From a virus (taxonomy: Duplodnaviria > Caudoviricetes): a DNA stretch of 64,000 nt. Under the pieces are notes generated by a model. That model was not told the origin of the DNA. It did no database searches and worked only from the letters and a program-made list of their open reading frames with translations. The position numbers and the translations under genes were made by a program. Shown here piece after piece: positions 36,701 to 44,838 of this stretch (position 1 is its first letter; the number at the start of each line of letters is the position of its first letter). The stretch spans positions 12,652 through 76,651 of IMG/VR virus record IMGVR_UViG_3300020172_000524. One strand, written 5' to 3'.

Positions 36701-39700
36701 TGCACCTGAGTTCTATCGACAACAACAAGCTATCACTGATTCGATTAATGCTATTCTTAGTAGGTATCCTACTTTTGATGCACAAGATCTTACTGATGCT
36801 TACCAAAGATTAAACAATGCAGTATTAGGCTTTAGAGATAACGATGGAGCTATCCAAGGTAATGACGTTGTTAACGCTGGTAACTTGTTTCAGACTGTAA
36901 AAGAAATAGAAGAAGAGATAGAAACCATTAAGAAAAATAGTCAGGCTAGGGAAGTAAGCAAAGATGACCAAGAAGAGTTGGCTAGACTGTATAAGATGCT
37001 TAATGCTTTGCAGGGTAGAAAAGAAACTCAATACTATAAAGACAAAGTATCAGAAGTACAGGCAAGTATCAGAACAGAGTTAGCTCAGGATGAAGAGTTC
37101 ATGAAGGACTTGGATGAAAAAGCTAAAGCTAGAAGAGATTCTTACATTGCAGCACAGTTAATGAATACTTTTACAACAGTAGAAGATGTTAAACAAGCAA
37201 TGATTGAGGAAGAGATAGAAGATAGGTTTAGAGCAACTCAATGGTATAAGGACAATCACATCGTTACAGAAGAAACTAGAATCGTAAACGGAGATACAGT
37301 AACAACTACAAAAGAAAGACCTTCTTATATTTGGACTCAGGTAGTACCTAAAGATCCTAGAAATATTATAGAAGAATCTCCTTCTTTTCAGTGGGCTATT
37401 CCTGTAATTGATGAGACTTTCAAGAATAAAGATTATCGTTTTACTACAGAACCTAGACCTAGAGAAACTCAAGATGGTAAATACTCTAACCCAGAGTATT
37501 CTAGCTTACCTGCACAAGAGAAAGCTATCTTAGATGATATTATTGCTTTACATGAAGACGTACAGAAAGAGTTGCCTAAGAGTCAACGTGTAGGGTATGC
37601 TATTGTAAACGAAAACAAGACAGCATTTGAAACTTTATCTACTGCTTTAAGAAAGCCTCTAGATACATTCTCAGGAATCTATGAGTTGTTTAAGTTAACA
37701 TTTGCACCTAACATAGGATCTGCTGAGTACGAAAGATTAGATGACTCAGAAGTAGAGGTTATTAGTGGAAGAAAGGTACAATTGATTCGTAGTCGTTATA
37801 AGACTCCTTTAAACACTAACCAAGTATCTTATAATATTCTAGGTAACATTGCTAAGTTTGGTGTTTACTCTTCCCACTTTGCAGCCATGCAGAAGATTAT
37901 GCCTACTGTGTTCAGCACAAGAGACGCATTAGAGAGAAACAAATCAGCAGAAAGTACTTTATCTACAGTAGACTTCGAAATTTCTAAGAACTTCTACGGA
38001 GAAGAAATTAGTTCTATGGGTAACAATAAGTATGTAAAACTTATTAGTCGTCCTTTAAATAAGTTCTTATCTGTAGGTCAACGTAAAGCTTTACAGTTTA
38101 ACGTAATTGCATCTATAAAGAACTTTGCAATCAACTTATGGAACGCAGGTATAAACAATAACCTAGCAGGTGTAACTAGAGCAGAGTTTATTCAAGGTAT
38201 GTGGAGAGGTATCAAACAATCAGATAAGATGTTTGAAGTGTACAGAGGAGGAGGAAATGTTTCTTACTACGCAGATTTATTGATGCATTTTAATGCTATG
38301 CCACAAGCACAACCTGGAGCTAAAGCAGATACTATCCATCAGACTATGTTGAATAGGTTTGTTTCTAGTGAGACTGCAGGATTTGTAGTACGTGGATACT
38401 TAGAAAGTATTTCTACTATTGCTGTATTTGAATCTATCATGAACCAATATAACGTTCAGATAGAACAGGGAGGAACAACAAGAACTATTAAGTTAGCAGA
38501 AGCTTACGAGCAAGTAAATGGTAAACTTCAGCTTAAAGCAGGAGTTAAAGTAGAGAAAATAGATCGCTTAGAGCAAGAAATCAGGGATAGAATCTTTAAC
38601 TACTTTACTTCATCTCAAGGTAACTACTATAAGAGAGGATCTGCTCAGTACGAAAGATACATTATTGCTAGAATGGTGATGAGTATGAAGCGTTGGCTAA
38701 CTAGCACATTTAATAATAAGTATGGAGCGAGAAGACTTCAGTTAAACACAGGTAACCTAGAGAAAGGATTTAACAGAGAAGTTATGTCTTATGTCCAGTT
38801 GCTAGCTTTGGGAGGTAGTTCTATGGCTAACCAGATGACTACTGATCAACAGAAATCTAGAATGCGTACTGCAGCAACTAACTTAGTAGCTATGCTTGCT
38901 GTTCAACAAGCTTTAATTACTACTATGGGTATACTTGCTAAGTCCTTAGATGATGATGATGAAGAGCCTACTAGTCCTTTCTTGGCGTTTATTGGTAATA
39001 TTCTTCAGGGTATGCATGATGAGTTAAGTACCTTTAGTCCTTTAGGAGCAGCAAACTGGGCTTACAAATCACTCCTACAAACTCCTCAGAAACAACCAGG
39101 AGAGAGTGATGCAGTAGCAAGAGCTAAACAAATAAGTTGGAGTTTGATTGGAGGTACAACCAAGGCTTCTTATGATGCTTTAACTCCTTTCTTTGATAAG
39201 GATACTTGGTTAGATCCTGCAGGTTCTTTTACTTATAGATATACTAACGGAAAACCCGATTCTTTTAGTACTCCTGAAGCATTAGAAGGAAAATCAAACT
39301 TACTTGCAGCTTTCATGATTTATACGGGAGCAGAAGTAGGTATGAGTCAATTCCTACAACCAGAGAAGAAGCTTTATACAGTTCTAAAATACAATCCAAG
39401 GTTAGACTTTACAGAGGAAAGAAGAATTAAACTAGATCCAATGGGAAGCTACAATGAGTTGAGTGAAAGGGTAACAGCAATAAAAAAAGAGTTGAAGTCA
39501 GTAGTTCCCTCAGAGATAATAACAGATAGAGCAGAAAGAGACGCTAAGATTTCCGAAATACTAGTCCTAGAGAAAACCATGGAAACAATAGGAGAACAAT
39601 ATTCATATGTAGGAGCATACTATAGAAATAGAAAGTTTGCTTCTTCTTTGGGTAGTTCAGAAGCAGCAGATCTAGATAAGGAGATTAAAAGATACCAAAT

Positions 39701-39797
39701 ACAGAATAACCCACAAGATTTTATCAGAGAAAAGATAAAGTCTAAACAGGAAAGTCTAGAAAATAAAAGAGCTAAGGAGAGACTAAGGGGAAAATAG
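33768..39797 (+). CDS. Large cargo/ejection protein with zincin-like metallopeptidase domain
   Basis: 2009 aa; AFYD..TIYI..IIHESMHAYT..EEFVSE zincin pattern; hydrophobic C-terminal helices; single Cys at residue 3. Confidence 0.75.
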   Translation: MSCKATIKSPITGKTVMSTTYFQLTNVFDKEKAVDIYNSMYTPAFQDLLGFDWTTNKQYREELNLNGEPKIEYLNKILNLEMSDYQIDAINSQEDILTQLDPMQNFPSYEEAQVVAAQFNLNPRYKNVSAEVIRTDDGFRVAVGVYSIARPETKETLSALNFGEIISQFFPSSDTNWNDVVSGLLTSDRISDTQKTILSKLQELQNINPSVKLVVFDDTDSMDAGQVAFYDNNSRTIYIGKTVSESMDDSKLIRDIIHESMHAYTIKALNEPVTDQEKAFKAEMEKAYNSYLKKFPNLVVNYGFNNVEEFVSEVVSNPDFRAALITQQESLKEDKNFLRNMIEKITNFLKGLYTDVPNLEEIDSTINNYLDHLVETRDMPVTQGEYDLRFRNEKFNPNGVTDLERFPELQKFVNFINKNSSTKMWGQITQSLKEIDSSLRNTGRLQERFTSINATNAKDILANTISYLNSALSTLSTVQNQLELYKKNASEFEDFAIIKTFNYAKNLSGVIKDQLNEFEKEFNSIFNVADITDMQEKASTIEAFEMSVPNYEEVVREILSSIEGTRKLADSIDSNYNNAVIAPIARELSSSFGESATIEGKKRVQEQLAALVAAKAKADSTGKTALSKVLAREIEDLRQLEKFIPTAKNIEELLKNDKKNGRETSLLGMWINNAVQGKNPTVQIVKQFIDKATAEAQVNSGKFSKRAQDIFDRLRALRGKLATEVMTYQTLYKGFTREVEVLHKQPDGSFKKVKQAILNTKLKEEEFQNDLKILLQREDDALKTGNQSAIDSTKEATNKFLEEYAMRPYTDEYYKIQGLLTEEAKQAREEILSEISFLSEDPNPEEGTKDEIKRLLTEFNRLGSLYYSNGDEKPAGSKERRIAESIMAWKKERNNRDVLTYDNLTKRKQWQIQKNEIDEQYSKILKRKNASDISMSMAGFAEVADENLAEQNENITKEFEEAKKVRDQWYEENTKTEIAPEFYRQQQAITDSINAILSRYPTFDAQDLTDAYQRLNNAVLGFRDNDGAIQGNDVVNAGNLFQTVKEIEEEIETIKKNSQAREVSKDDQEELARLYKMLNALQGRKETQYYKDKVSEVQASIRTELAQDEEFMKDLDEKAKARRDSYIAAQLMNTFTTVEDVKQAMIEEEIEDRFRATQWYKDNHIVTEETRIVNGDTVTTTKERPSYIWTQVVPKDPRNIIEESPSFQWAIPVIDETFKNKDYRFTTEPRPRETQDGKYSNPEYSSLPAQEKAILDDIIALHEDVQKELPKSQRVGYAIVNENKTAFETLSTALRKPLDTFSGIYELFKLTFAPNIGSAEYERLDDSEVEVISGRKVQLIRSRYKTPLNTNQVSYNILGNIAKFGVYSSHFAAMQKIMPTVFSTRDALERNKSAESTLSTVDFEISKNFYGEEISSMGNNKYVKLISRPLNKFLSVGQRKALQFNVIASIKNFAINLWNAGINNNLAGVTRAEFIQGMWRGIKQSDKMFEVYRGGGNVSYYADLLMHFNAMPQAQPGAKADTIHQTMLNRFVSSETAGFVVRGYLESISTIAVFESIMNQYNVQIEQGGTTRTIKLAEAYEQVNGKLQLKAGVKVEKIDRLEQEIRDRIFNYFTSSQGNYYKRGSAQYERYIIARMVMSMKRWLTSTFNNKYGARRLQLNTGNLEKGFNREVMSYVQLLALGGSSMANQMTTDQQKSRMRTAATNLVAMLAVQQALITTMGILAKSLDDDDEEPTSPFLAFIGNILQGMHDELSTFSPLGAANWAYKSLLQTPQKQPGESDAVARAKQISWSLIGGTTKASYDALTPFFDKDTWLDPAGSFTYRYTNGKPDSFSTPEALEGKSNLLAAFMIYTGAEVGMSQFLQPEKKLYTVLKYNPRLDFTEERRIKLDPMGSYNELSERVTAIKKELKSVVPSEIITDRAERDAKISEILVLEKTMETIGEQYSYVGAYYRNRKFASSLGSSEAADLDKEIKRYQIQNNPQDFIREKIKSKQESLENKRAKERLRGK

Positions 39798-39810
39798 TCC
39801 TCCTAGTTTC

Positions 39811-39840
39811 TTGACTTTATTTTTAATTAAAGTATTTTTG
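39811..39840 (+). promoter_or_regulatory. Bacteroidota sigmaA-type promoter for the lysis-region operon
   Basis: TTGACT..TATTTTTG; spacing within 1 nt of the 4537 promoter. Confidence 0.55.
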
Positions 39841-39886
39841 TTATACGGACTAAGGTCGGACTTAACAGTCGTAAAGATAAATATTT

Positions 39887-40225
39887 ATGGAAACACATGA
39901 CATTCTCAGAGAGCAATCAAAGAAACTTCGTCACATTGAAGGTCAACTTTGTTGCATCAACGCTAGCGTAACTGCGGAAGCAGGTATGAACGGCAGTAAA
40001 GTAATCTCAGGCACATCACCAGTTACAGGTACTTTTCAGTACTTTGTTGTTAACGCATCAGCTGTAGTTAGTGCTATTTTAGATCAGAACGCAGCTAGTC
40101 TTATGACAAGCTTAGGTCTTTCAGGAGTTACTTTGGCACCAGGAATGAAGATTAGCGTAGCTAAAGGAACAACTATCTCTTCTATAACACTTGCTTCAGG
40201 ATCTATTATTGCTTACAACGCTTAA
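39887..40225 (+). CDS. Hypothetical small beta-rich protein
   Basis: 112-aa ORF ending ITLASGSIIAY. Confidence 0.6.
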   Translation: METHDILREQSKKLRHIEGQLCCINASVTAEAGMNGSKVISGTSPVTGTFQYFVVNASAVVSAILDQNAASLMTSLGLSGVTLAPGMKISVAKGTTISSITLASGSIIAYNA

Positions 40226-40228
40226 TTC

Positions 40229-40654
40229 ATGAAGACCCTTTTAGTAACTATCACCACAGTATGTGCCTTCTTGGGCACATATTTTTTAAATCTAACTGCA
40301 GATAACGCAGAACAATACTTAGCGATTGTTGCTGTTGTATTTGTAGATGGATTTTTTGGTGTGTGGGCAGGTACTAAGAAGATTGGTTTTCAGACAAGAA
40401 AAGCAGTTAAAGTACTTCAGACCTTGTTTGCTTGGGTAATGATTCTTTCTGCTATCTTAATGGTAGAGAAGGGTTTCCAAGGTACGTTCTGGCTTTCAGA
40501 AACTTTCTGTGCTCCTTTTATTGTCTTCCAACTTATTAGTGCGCTTAAGAATGCTCACACAGTAGGAGTACTAAACAACAGTGTACTATCTCAGATCTTA
40601 GCAAAGATAGACCAGCATAAATTTAACCACGATAATGAAAAACCTCTCGATTAA
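40229..40654 (+). CDS. Holin (phage holin 4_1-like)
   Basis: Multiple TM helices; VDGFFGVWAG..SALKNA pattern. Confidence 0.7.
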   Translation: MKTLLVTITTVCAFLGTYFLNLTADNAEQYLAIVAVVFVDGFFGVWAGTKKIGFQTRKAVKVLQTLFAWVMILSAILMVEKGFQGTFWLSETFCAPFIVFQLISALKNAHTVGVLNNSVLSQILAKIDQHKFNHDNEKPLD

Positions 40655-40952
40655 ACTTAATATTATCTTTTTCTTCATCATTGCTTACTTACTTTTTAAG
40701 TATGAGTATGTACAGGAACAAGATACTAATCAAGTAATATCTTTTATTGATTCTATAGATAAACAAAACGATACTTACTTTGAAAAAATTGACTCTCTAG
40801 AACATATAAAGCACGAAGAGTATTTCCGTTACGAACAAATCACCCTAAAGTATGACACAATTCAGATTGCTATTGACACTATGCCTGATATTGACGGCAC
40901 AAAATTCTTACTCACAATCAGTAGACAGCTTACCCTTAAAGGAGTTGAATGA
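40635..40952 (+). CDS. Putative i-spanin-like protein
   Basis: N-terminal TM helix plus helical region; directly after the holin. Confidence 0.45.
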   Translation: MKNLSIKLNIIFFFIIAYLLFKYEYVQEQDTNQVISFIDSIDKQNDTYFEKIDSLEHIKHEEYFRYEQITLKYDTIQIAIDTMPDIDGTKFLLTISRQLTLKGVE

Positions 40953-41211
40953 TGAATTCCTAAAAGGAATTCAAGCACGTGAGAGAGTAGTAAGTCTTAA
41001 GAAGATTATCAAGACAGATAGCGTTCAGTTATCCTTGTATAAAGATTCTATTATCCCTAACTATAAGAAGGCTTTAGATACCGCTAAAGTAGAGATAGTT
41101 CGCTTAGATACTAAAGTTAGATCTCAAGCAGAAACAATTAAAACTTTAAAGAACGTTTTGAAAGGCGGGTTATTTGCTATAGCTTTGTTAACCATAGGGT
41201 TAATACTTTAA
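40852..41211 (+). CDS. Putative second spanin-like component (signal peptide, coiled coil, C-terminal TM)
   Basis: 101-nt overlap with the previous gene; hydrophobic N- and C-termini. Confidence 0.45.
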   Translation: MTQFRLLLTLCLILTAQNSYSQSVDSLPLKELNDEFLKGIQARERVVSLKKIIKTDSVQLSLYKDSIIPNYKKALDTAKVEIVRLDTKVRSQAETIKTLKNVLKGGLFAIALLTIGLIL

Positions 41212-41222
41212 CCTACCAGCCT

Positions 41223-42542
41223 ATGATGCCAATCTCTAAACAGATTATCCAACACTACATGGATAATCCAAATACGGATGAGTCAGCTTTAGAAGTTGCT
41301 ATTCGTTTCAACTATCAACCAGAAGTATATAATGAGCTAAGAGCTAAGCGAGTTCGTGACTTAAAAAGAACTGCTATGTATAAGTTGGGTGCAGATAAAC
41401 CTGTATCACCTAACGATCAACCTACACAAATTACAGGAACTTATGATGAGAATCTAGATAAAGGTACACTTGAGGTATCTAAACTAGTTTCTACTCAACC
41501 TAGATCTTCTGAAGAAATCATTGAAATTCATAAGATAGATAGATCTAAGTGGAGATTAGTACAATATTGGAGTAAAGAAAAACAATCAGGTTGGCTAGTG
41601 TCAGCCTTATTTGCTTCTATAAAGCCTGAGGATAGTCTTCCTCAAGACATAGAGAACGTTCTTAGAGAGGTTTTCTTAGAATCTAATATAACTCCGTACC
41701 CAACACCTAGAAAGTCTCCTATAGCGTCTAAGAGAGGCTTATTCGTCTACATGAGTGACAAACACGTAGGTGCTCTTACTCATCCTAACTCTATTTTCAA
41801 CAATCAGTACAACGAAGATGTCTTCGAAGTACGTATGATGAGAGTATTAGAAGAGATAGAGAAGCAAGTAAAGACCTATGGAAGGTTAGAAGATCTTTTT
41901 ATTTGTGACTTAGGAGATTCATTAGATGGTTGGAGTGGTCATACTACTAGAGGAGGACATGCACTTCCACAGAATATGAATAACAAAGAGTCTTTTATGA
42001 CTTATCTTTATGCTCATAAGCGATTCTTTGACCTGTTAGTAGAAAAAAACTTAGCTAATAACATTCATGCTATTATGCAGACAGAAGATAACCACTCAGG
42101 TTCTTTTGGCTACATAACTAACCAAGCACTAACTCTTTATTTAAATACGGCTTATCCTTTTATCAAAGTAACGATAATGGAGAAGTTCTTAGAACATTTT
42201 GACTATGGAAAACATACATTTATTTTTACTCATGGAAAAGACTCTGAGGATCTTAAGCATGGTCTTCCCCTTTTCTTAACCGAGAAAGCAGAAAATTTTC
42301 TTAACAAGTATATAGATCACCACAATTTAGGAGAGAATAAAAACATCTCGATAGTAAAAGGTGACCTACATACAGAGAGCATGCAGCAAGTTTACAAGTT
42401 TAGATATAGGAATGTATTGTCTATGTACGGCTCTTCTAAGTGGGTAATGAATAACTTTGGTCCTGGTTATCCAGGAGTTTCATTTGATTTAGTAGAAAAA
42501 GATACGGATTTAATATATTCGTTTTATATTCGCTTTAAATAA
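41223..42542 (+). CDS. Calcineurin-like metallophosphoesterase
   Basis: SDKHVG, DLGDSLDG, DNH, FTHG and GDLH metal-binding motifs. Confidence 0.8.
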   Translation: MMPISKQIIQHYMDNPNTDESALEVAIRFNYQPEVYNELRAKRVRDLKRTAMYKLGADKPVSPNDQPTQITGTYDENLDKGTLEVSKLVSTQPRSSEEIIEIHKIDRSKWRLVQYWSKEKQSGWLVSALFASIKPEDSLPQDIENVLREVFLESNITPYPTPRKSPIASKRGLFVYMSDKHVGALTHPNSIFNNQYNEDVFEVRMMRVLEEIEKQVKTYGRLEDLFICDLGDSLDGWSGHTTRGGHALPQNMNNKESFMTYLYAHKRFFDLLVEKNLANNIHAIMQTEDNHSGSFGYITNQALTLYLNTAYPFIKVTIMEKFLEHFDYGKHTFIFTHGKDSEDLKHGLPLFLTEKAENFLNKYIDHHNLGENKNISIVKGDLHTESMQQVYKFRYRNVLSMYGSSKWVMNNFGPGYPGVSFDLVEKDTDLIYSFYIRFK

Positions 42543-42549
42543 AATTAAG

Positions 42550-42780
42550 ATGATTAAGCTAGCAGATATAGATAAACTTATAAACCAGTTCTATTTAGAC
42601 TCAGAGAAGGATGGGTTAGCAGTAAGACCTAATGTGGTACTGCTTACAGAAGATCAGTTTGAAGATCTATTAAAAGAAATGGGAGTAGAAGAAGAAGACG
42701 ATGTTGTAATAGAAAGTATACTAGGATTAGATGTCGTCATAGCAAACGGGATAGAACATCCAAGAGTAATAAGATTATAA
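42550..42780 (+). CDS. Small acidic hypothetical protein
   Basis: 76-aa ORF ending at the terminator. Confidence 0.6.
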   Translation: MIKLADIDKLINQFYLDSEKDGLAVRPNVVLLTEDQFEDLLKEMGVEEEDDVVIESILGLDVVIANGIEHPRVIRL

Positions 42781-42814
42781 AAAAAGGGGCCCTATTAAGA
42801 GCCCCTTTTCTTTT
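42781..42814. terminator. Bidirectional terminator at the convergence of the two arms
   Basis: AAAAA-GGGGC-cctattaaga-GCCCC-TTTTCTTTT, with A-run and T-run on either side. Confidence 0.85.
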
Positions 42815-42820
42815 GGTTGG

Positions 42821-42863
42821 TAAACTAAATAACTAAAAACTAAAACTAAATAAACTAAAACTA
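42821..42863 (+). repeat. AACTAAA(T) low-complexity tandem tract; 21-mer shared with 14356-14376
   Basis: AAACTAAATAAACTAAAACTA at 42843-42863 and 14356-14376. Confidence 0.6.
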
Positions 42864-42866
42864 TGA

Positions 42867-43190
42867 TTACATCGCTTGTGGTCCTCCTGTAGCAGCTAAG
42901 AAAGCAAGAACTTCTTCTTTTACTTTTAGCTCTACTACGATTGGCTCACTTGTGATTTCAAATTTAGTGATTTTTACTGGAACTTTTTGCTTAGTTGCAG
43001 GATCAATTTTGTATTGATAGTCTACAGGGTTAAGTTTATCAGCGTTACCTTCTAAGACAACGGCTAAACCATTCTCTGTAGGGTAAGTCATAAGAACCTT
43101 GTGGATGTTAAAAGAGAAACCTTTCTTGATGATCAATTCCATCTCTTCACCGTTCTCTACTTTTTCTTTTTCTGTATAATAGAATAACAT
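42867..43190 (-). CDS. Hypothetical protein (start revised from 43214)
   Basis: MLFYYTEKE start follows an A-rich spacer after the GroES stop. Confidence 0.6.
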   Translation of the reverse strand: MLFYYTEKEKVENGEEMELIIKKGFSFNIHKVLMTYPTENGLAVVLEGNADKLNPVDYQYKIDPATKQKVPVKITKFEITSEPIVVELKVKEEVLAFLAATGGPQAM

Positions 43191-43200
43191 AATCTTTCTT

Positions 43201-43485
43201 TTAATTCCATACAATAGCGATGTCGCTATCTCTTACCATGATTTTCTCTTCTCCATCTACTTCAACTAGTTCAGCAGACTGAAGATACATTAGGTTTACG
43301 TATACTACGTCTCCTTCTGATACATTGACTACGTCTTCTCCAACTGCATAAACTTCTAGATGCTTTAAGCCTACTAGTTCTTTCATGTTCAATTCTTCTT
43401 CCATCTCTGGTGTAAGCTGAATGAGTCTTTCTTCTCTCTTAGGACGATTGAGTAATACTCTGTGTCCTTTTACTGTGATTGCCAT
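43201..43485 (-). CDS. groES: Co-chaperonin GroES-like protein
   Basis: GHRVLL..VYAVGEDV..VSEGDVV..VEVDGEEKIMVRDSDIA; 94 aa. Confidence 0.8.
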   Translation of the reverse strand: MAITVKGHRVLLNRPKREERLIQLTPEMEEELNMKELVGLKHLEVYAVGEDVVNVSEGDVVYVNLMYLQSAELVEVDGEEKIMVRDSDIAIVWN

Positions 43486-43491
43486 ATTGTT

Positions 43492-43932
43492 TTAATTTGT
43501 TTTTGCTTTGATTACATCTAGACCTGCTGCTATTAATAGTTCTAATCCTGTTCTATCTCTATAATCTTCTAGATATACAAATGTAGTGATTCCACTTTGA
43601 ATAATCAACTTAGCACAATGCACACAGCATGCATGAGTACAGTACATAGTTGCTCCTTCTGTACTGATAGGACTCTTGCATGCTTTAGTAATTGCATTGG
43701 ATTCTGAGTGGAGTACGTATTCAAAGGTTGTATCATTCTCTTCACATACATTTGGAAACCCTGAAGGAGTTCCATTATACCCAAAAGAGATAATGTTTCC
43801 GTTCTTTACGATTAAAGATCCTACCTGTAGTCTCTCACAGTAAGATTCTTGAGCGATTCTTACAGCTAAATCTAAGTAAAGTTCAGACTTATCAGTCTTA
43901 GGCATGTTGTATATGATAGGTATTTTATACAT
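43492..43932 (-). CDS. dCMP deaminase
   Basis: SYCERLQVG, GYNGTPSG, HSESNAI and CCVHCAKLIIQSGI. Confidence 0.9.
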   Translation of the reverse strand: MYKIPIIYNMPKTDKSELYLDLAVRIAQESYCERLQVGSLIVKNGNIISFGYNGTPSGFPNVCEENDTTFEYVLHSESNAITKACKSPISTEGATMYCTHACCVHCAKLIIQSGITTFVYLEDYRDRTGLELLIAAGLDVIKAKTN

Positions 43933-44380
43933 TATTGTTTATTAAAAATTGTTCAGGCGGTACAAATCTACAAAGTTCTCTTGGTACTTCATAAAAATCT
44001 TCCCAACCTTTTCTACCATCTTTAGTTATATACTTTTGTACTTTATGTTCGTATCTAAAAATTACATCAGAAGGTGCCCATATAGCTCCACCATTCCTAT
44101 TACTAATTATAAAATATATAAACCAGTTCTTCTCAGCAAACTTTCGCTTACGAGAAAGAAATGATACTGTTTTATAAAAAGCTTCAGGAGTAGTAATACT
44201 TATGTCTTTTTTCATTTCTGCCTCAAACAGATATCTATTACCATCCTTATAGGCTAGTATGTCTATATTAAAGTCTTCTTCTTTAGATTCTATTTCATAA
44301 CCTTTACTACTTAGAAAATCAGAAAGGAGTTTTATTCCTTTCTGATTATAAGTATTGTATGATTCTTGTATAAACGGCAC
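43925..44380 (-). CDS. PD-(D/E)xK family nuclease-like protein
   Basis: IDILA..FEAEMK motif; GTG start. Confidence 0.55.
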   Translation of the reverse strand: MPFIQESYNTYNQKGIKLLSDFLSSKGYEIESKEEDFNIDILAYKDGNRYLFEAEMKKDISITTPEAFYKTVSFLSRKRKFAEKNWFIYFIISNRNGGAIWAPSDVIFRYEHKVQKYITKDGRKGWEDFYEVPRELCRFVPPEQFLINNNV

Positions 44381-44838
44381 TAAGATAAACTGAGTTCAAA
44401 TCTAAAGATTTCTTTTGGAATATCTACAACTACGTCTTTAAAATTTATATCACGATGTAAAAGAGATTTATAATCTTTGGACATGTCATTAAATCTACCT
44501 TGCTTAAACAATTCAATGTCTCTGTGGTATAAAGAACTAGGTCTAAAGACATACATAACCATATCATCTACTTCATAATAGTCGTAGAAAGAGTCAAATC
44601 CTGTAATTTTAGTTTCAAACATCTCAAAAGCATCTTTGTCTGTAGGCTTAAACAGAAAGAACAAACAGTTAGTGTACTTACTTTTATACCCGTAATCATC
44701 TATGTAAACATTAACTAACCCAAAGTTAGCAAGTAAACGAGCAGCATTAGCCCCTGATGTAAATATCATGGGGCTAAGGAATTTTGTGGTATTGTTTGTA
44801 GTATCTGAGTACACTTTACACAATTCTAAGTCCGTCAT
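44380..44838 (-). CDS. Hypothetical protein
   Basis: 152-aa ORF tightly packed in the operon. Confidence 0.6.
   Translation of the reverse strand: MTDLELCKVYSDTTNNTTKFLSPMIFTSGANAARLLANFGLVNVYIDDYGYKSKYTNCLFFLFKPTDKDAFEMFETKITGFDSFYDYYEVDDMVMYVFRPSSLYHRDIELFKQGRFNDMSKDYKSLLHRDINFKDVVVDIPKEIFRFELSLS

Noticed and set aside
93-37472. Minus-strand and alternate-frame ORFs inside + strand genes (e.g. 367-1062, 674-904, 6068-6421, 22445-22954, 34670-37472)
   Set aside because: Shadow ORFs fully overlapping well-supported genes, with no motifs or start context
39843-39873. Possible riboswitch-like hairpin in the leader of the 112-aa gene
   Set aside because: Only short interrupted stems (GACT/AGTC, AAG/CTT); too weak to support
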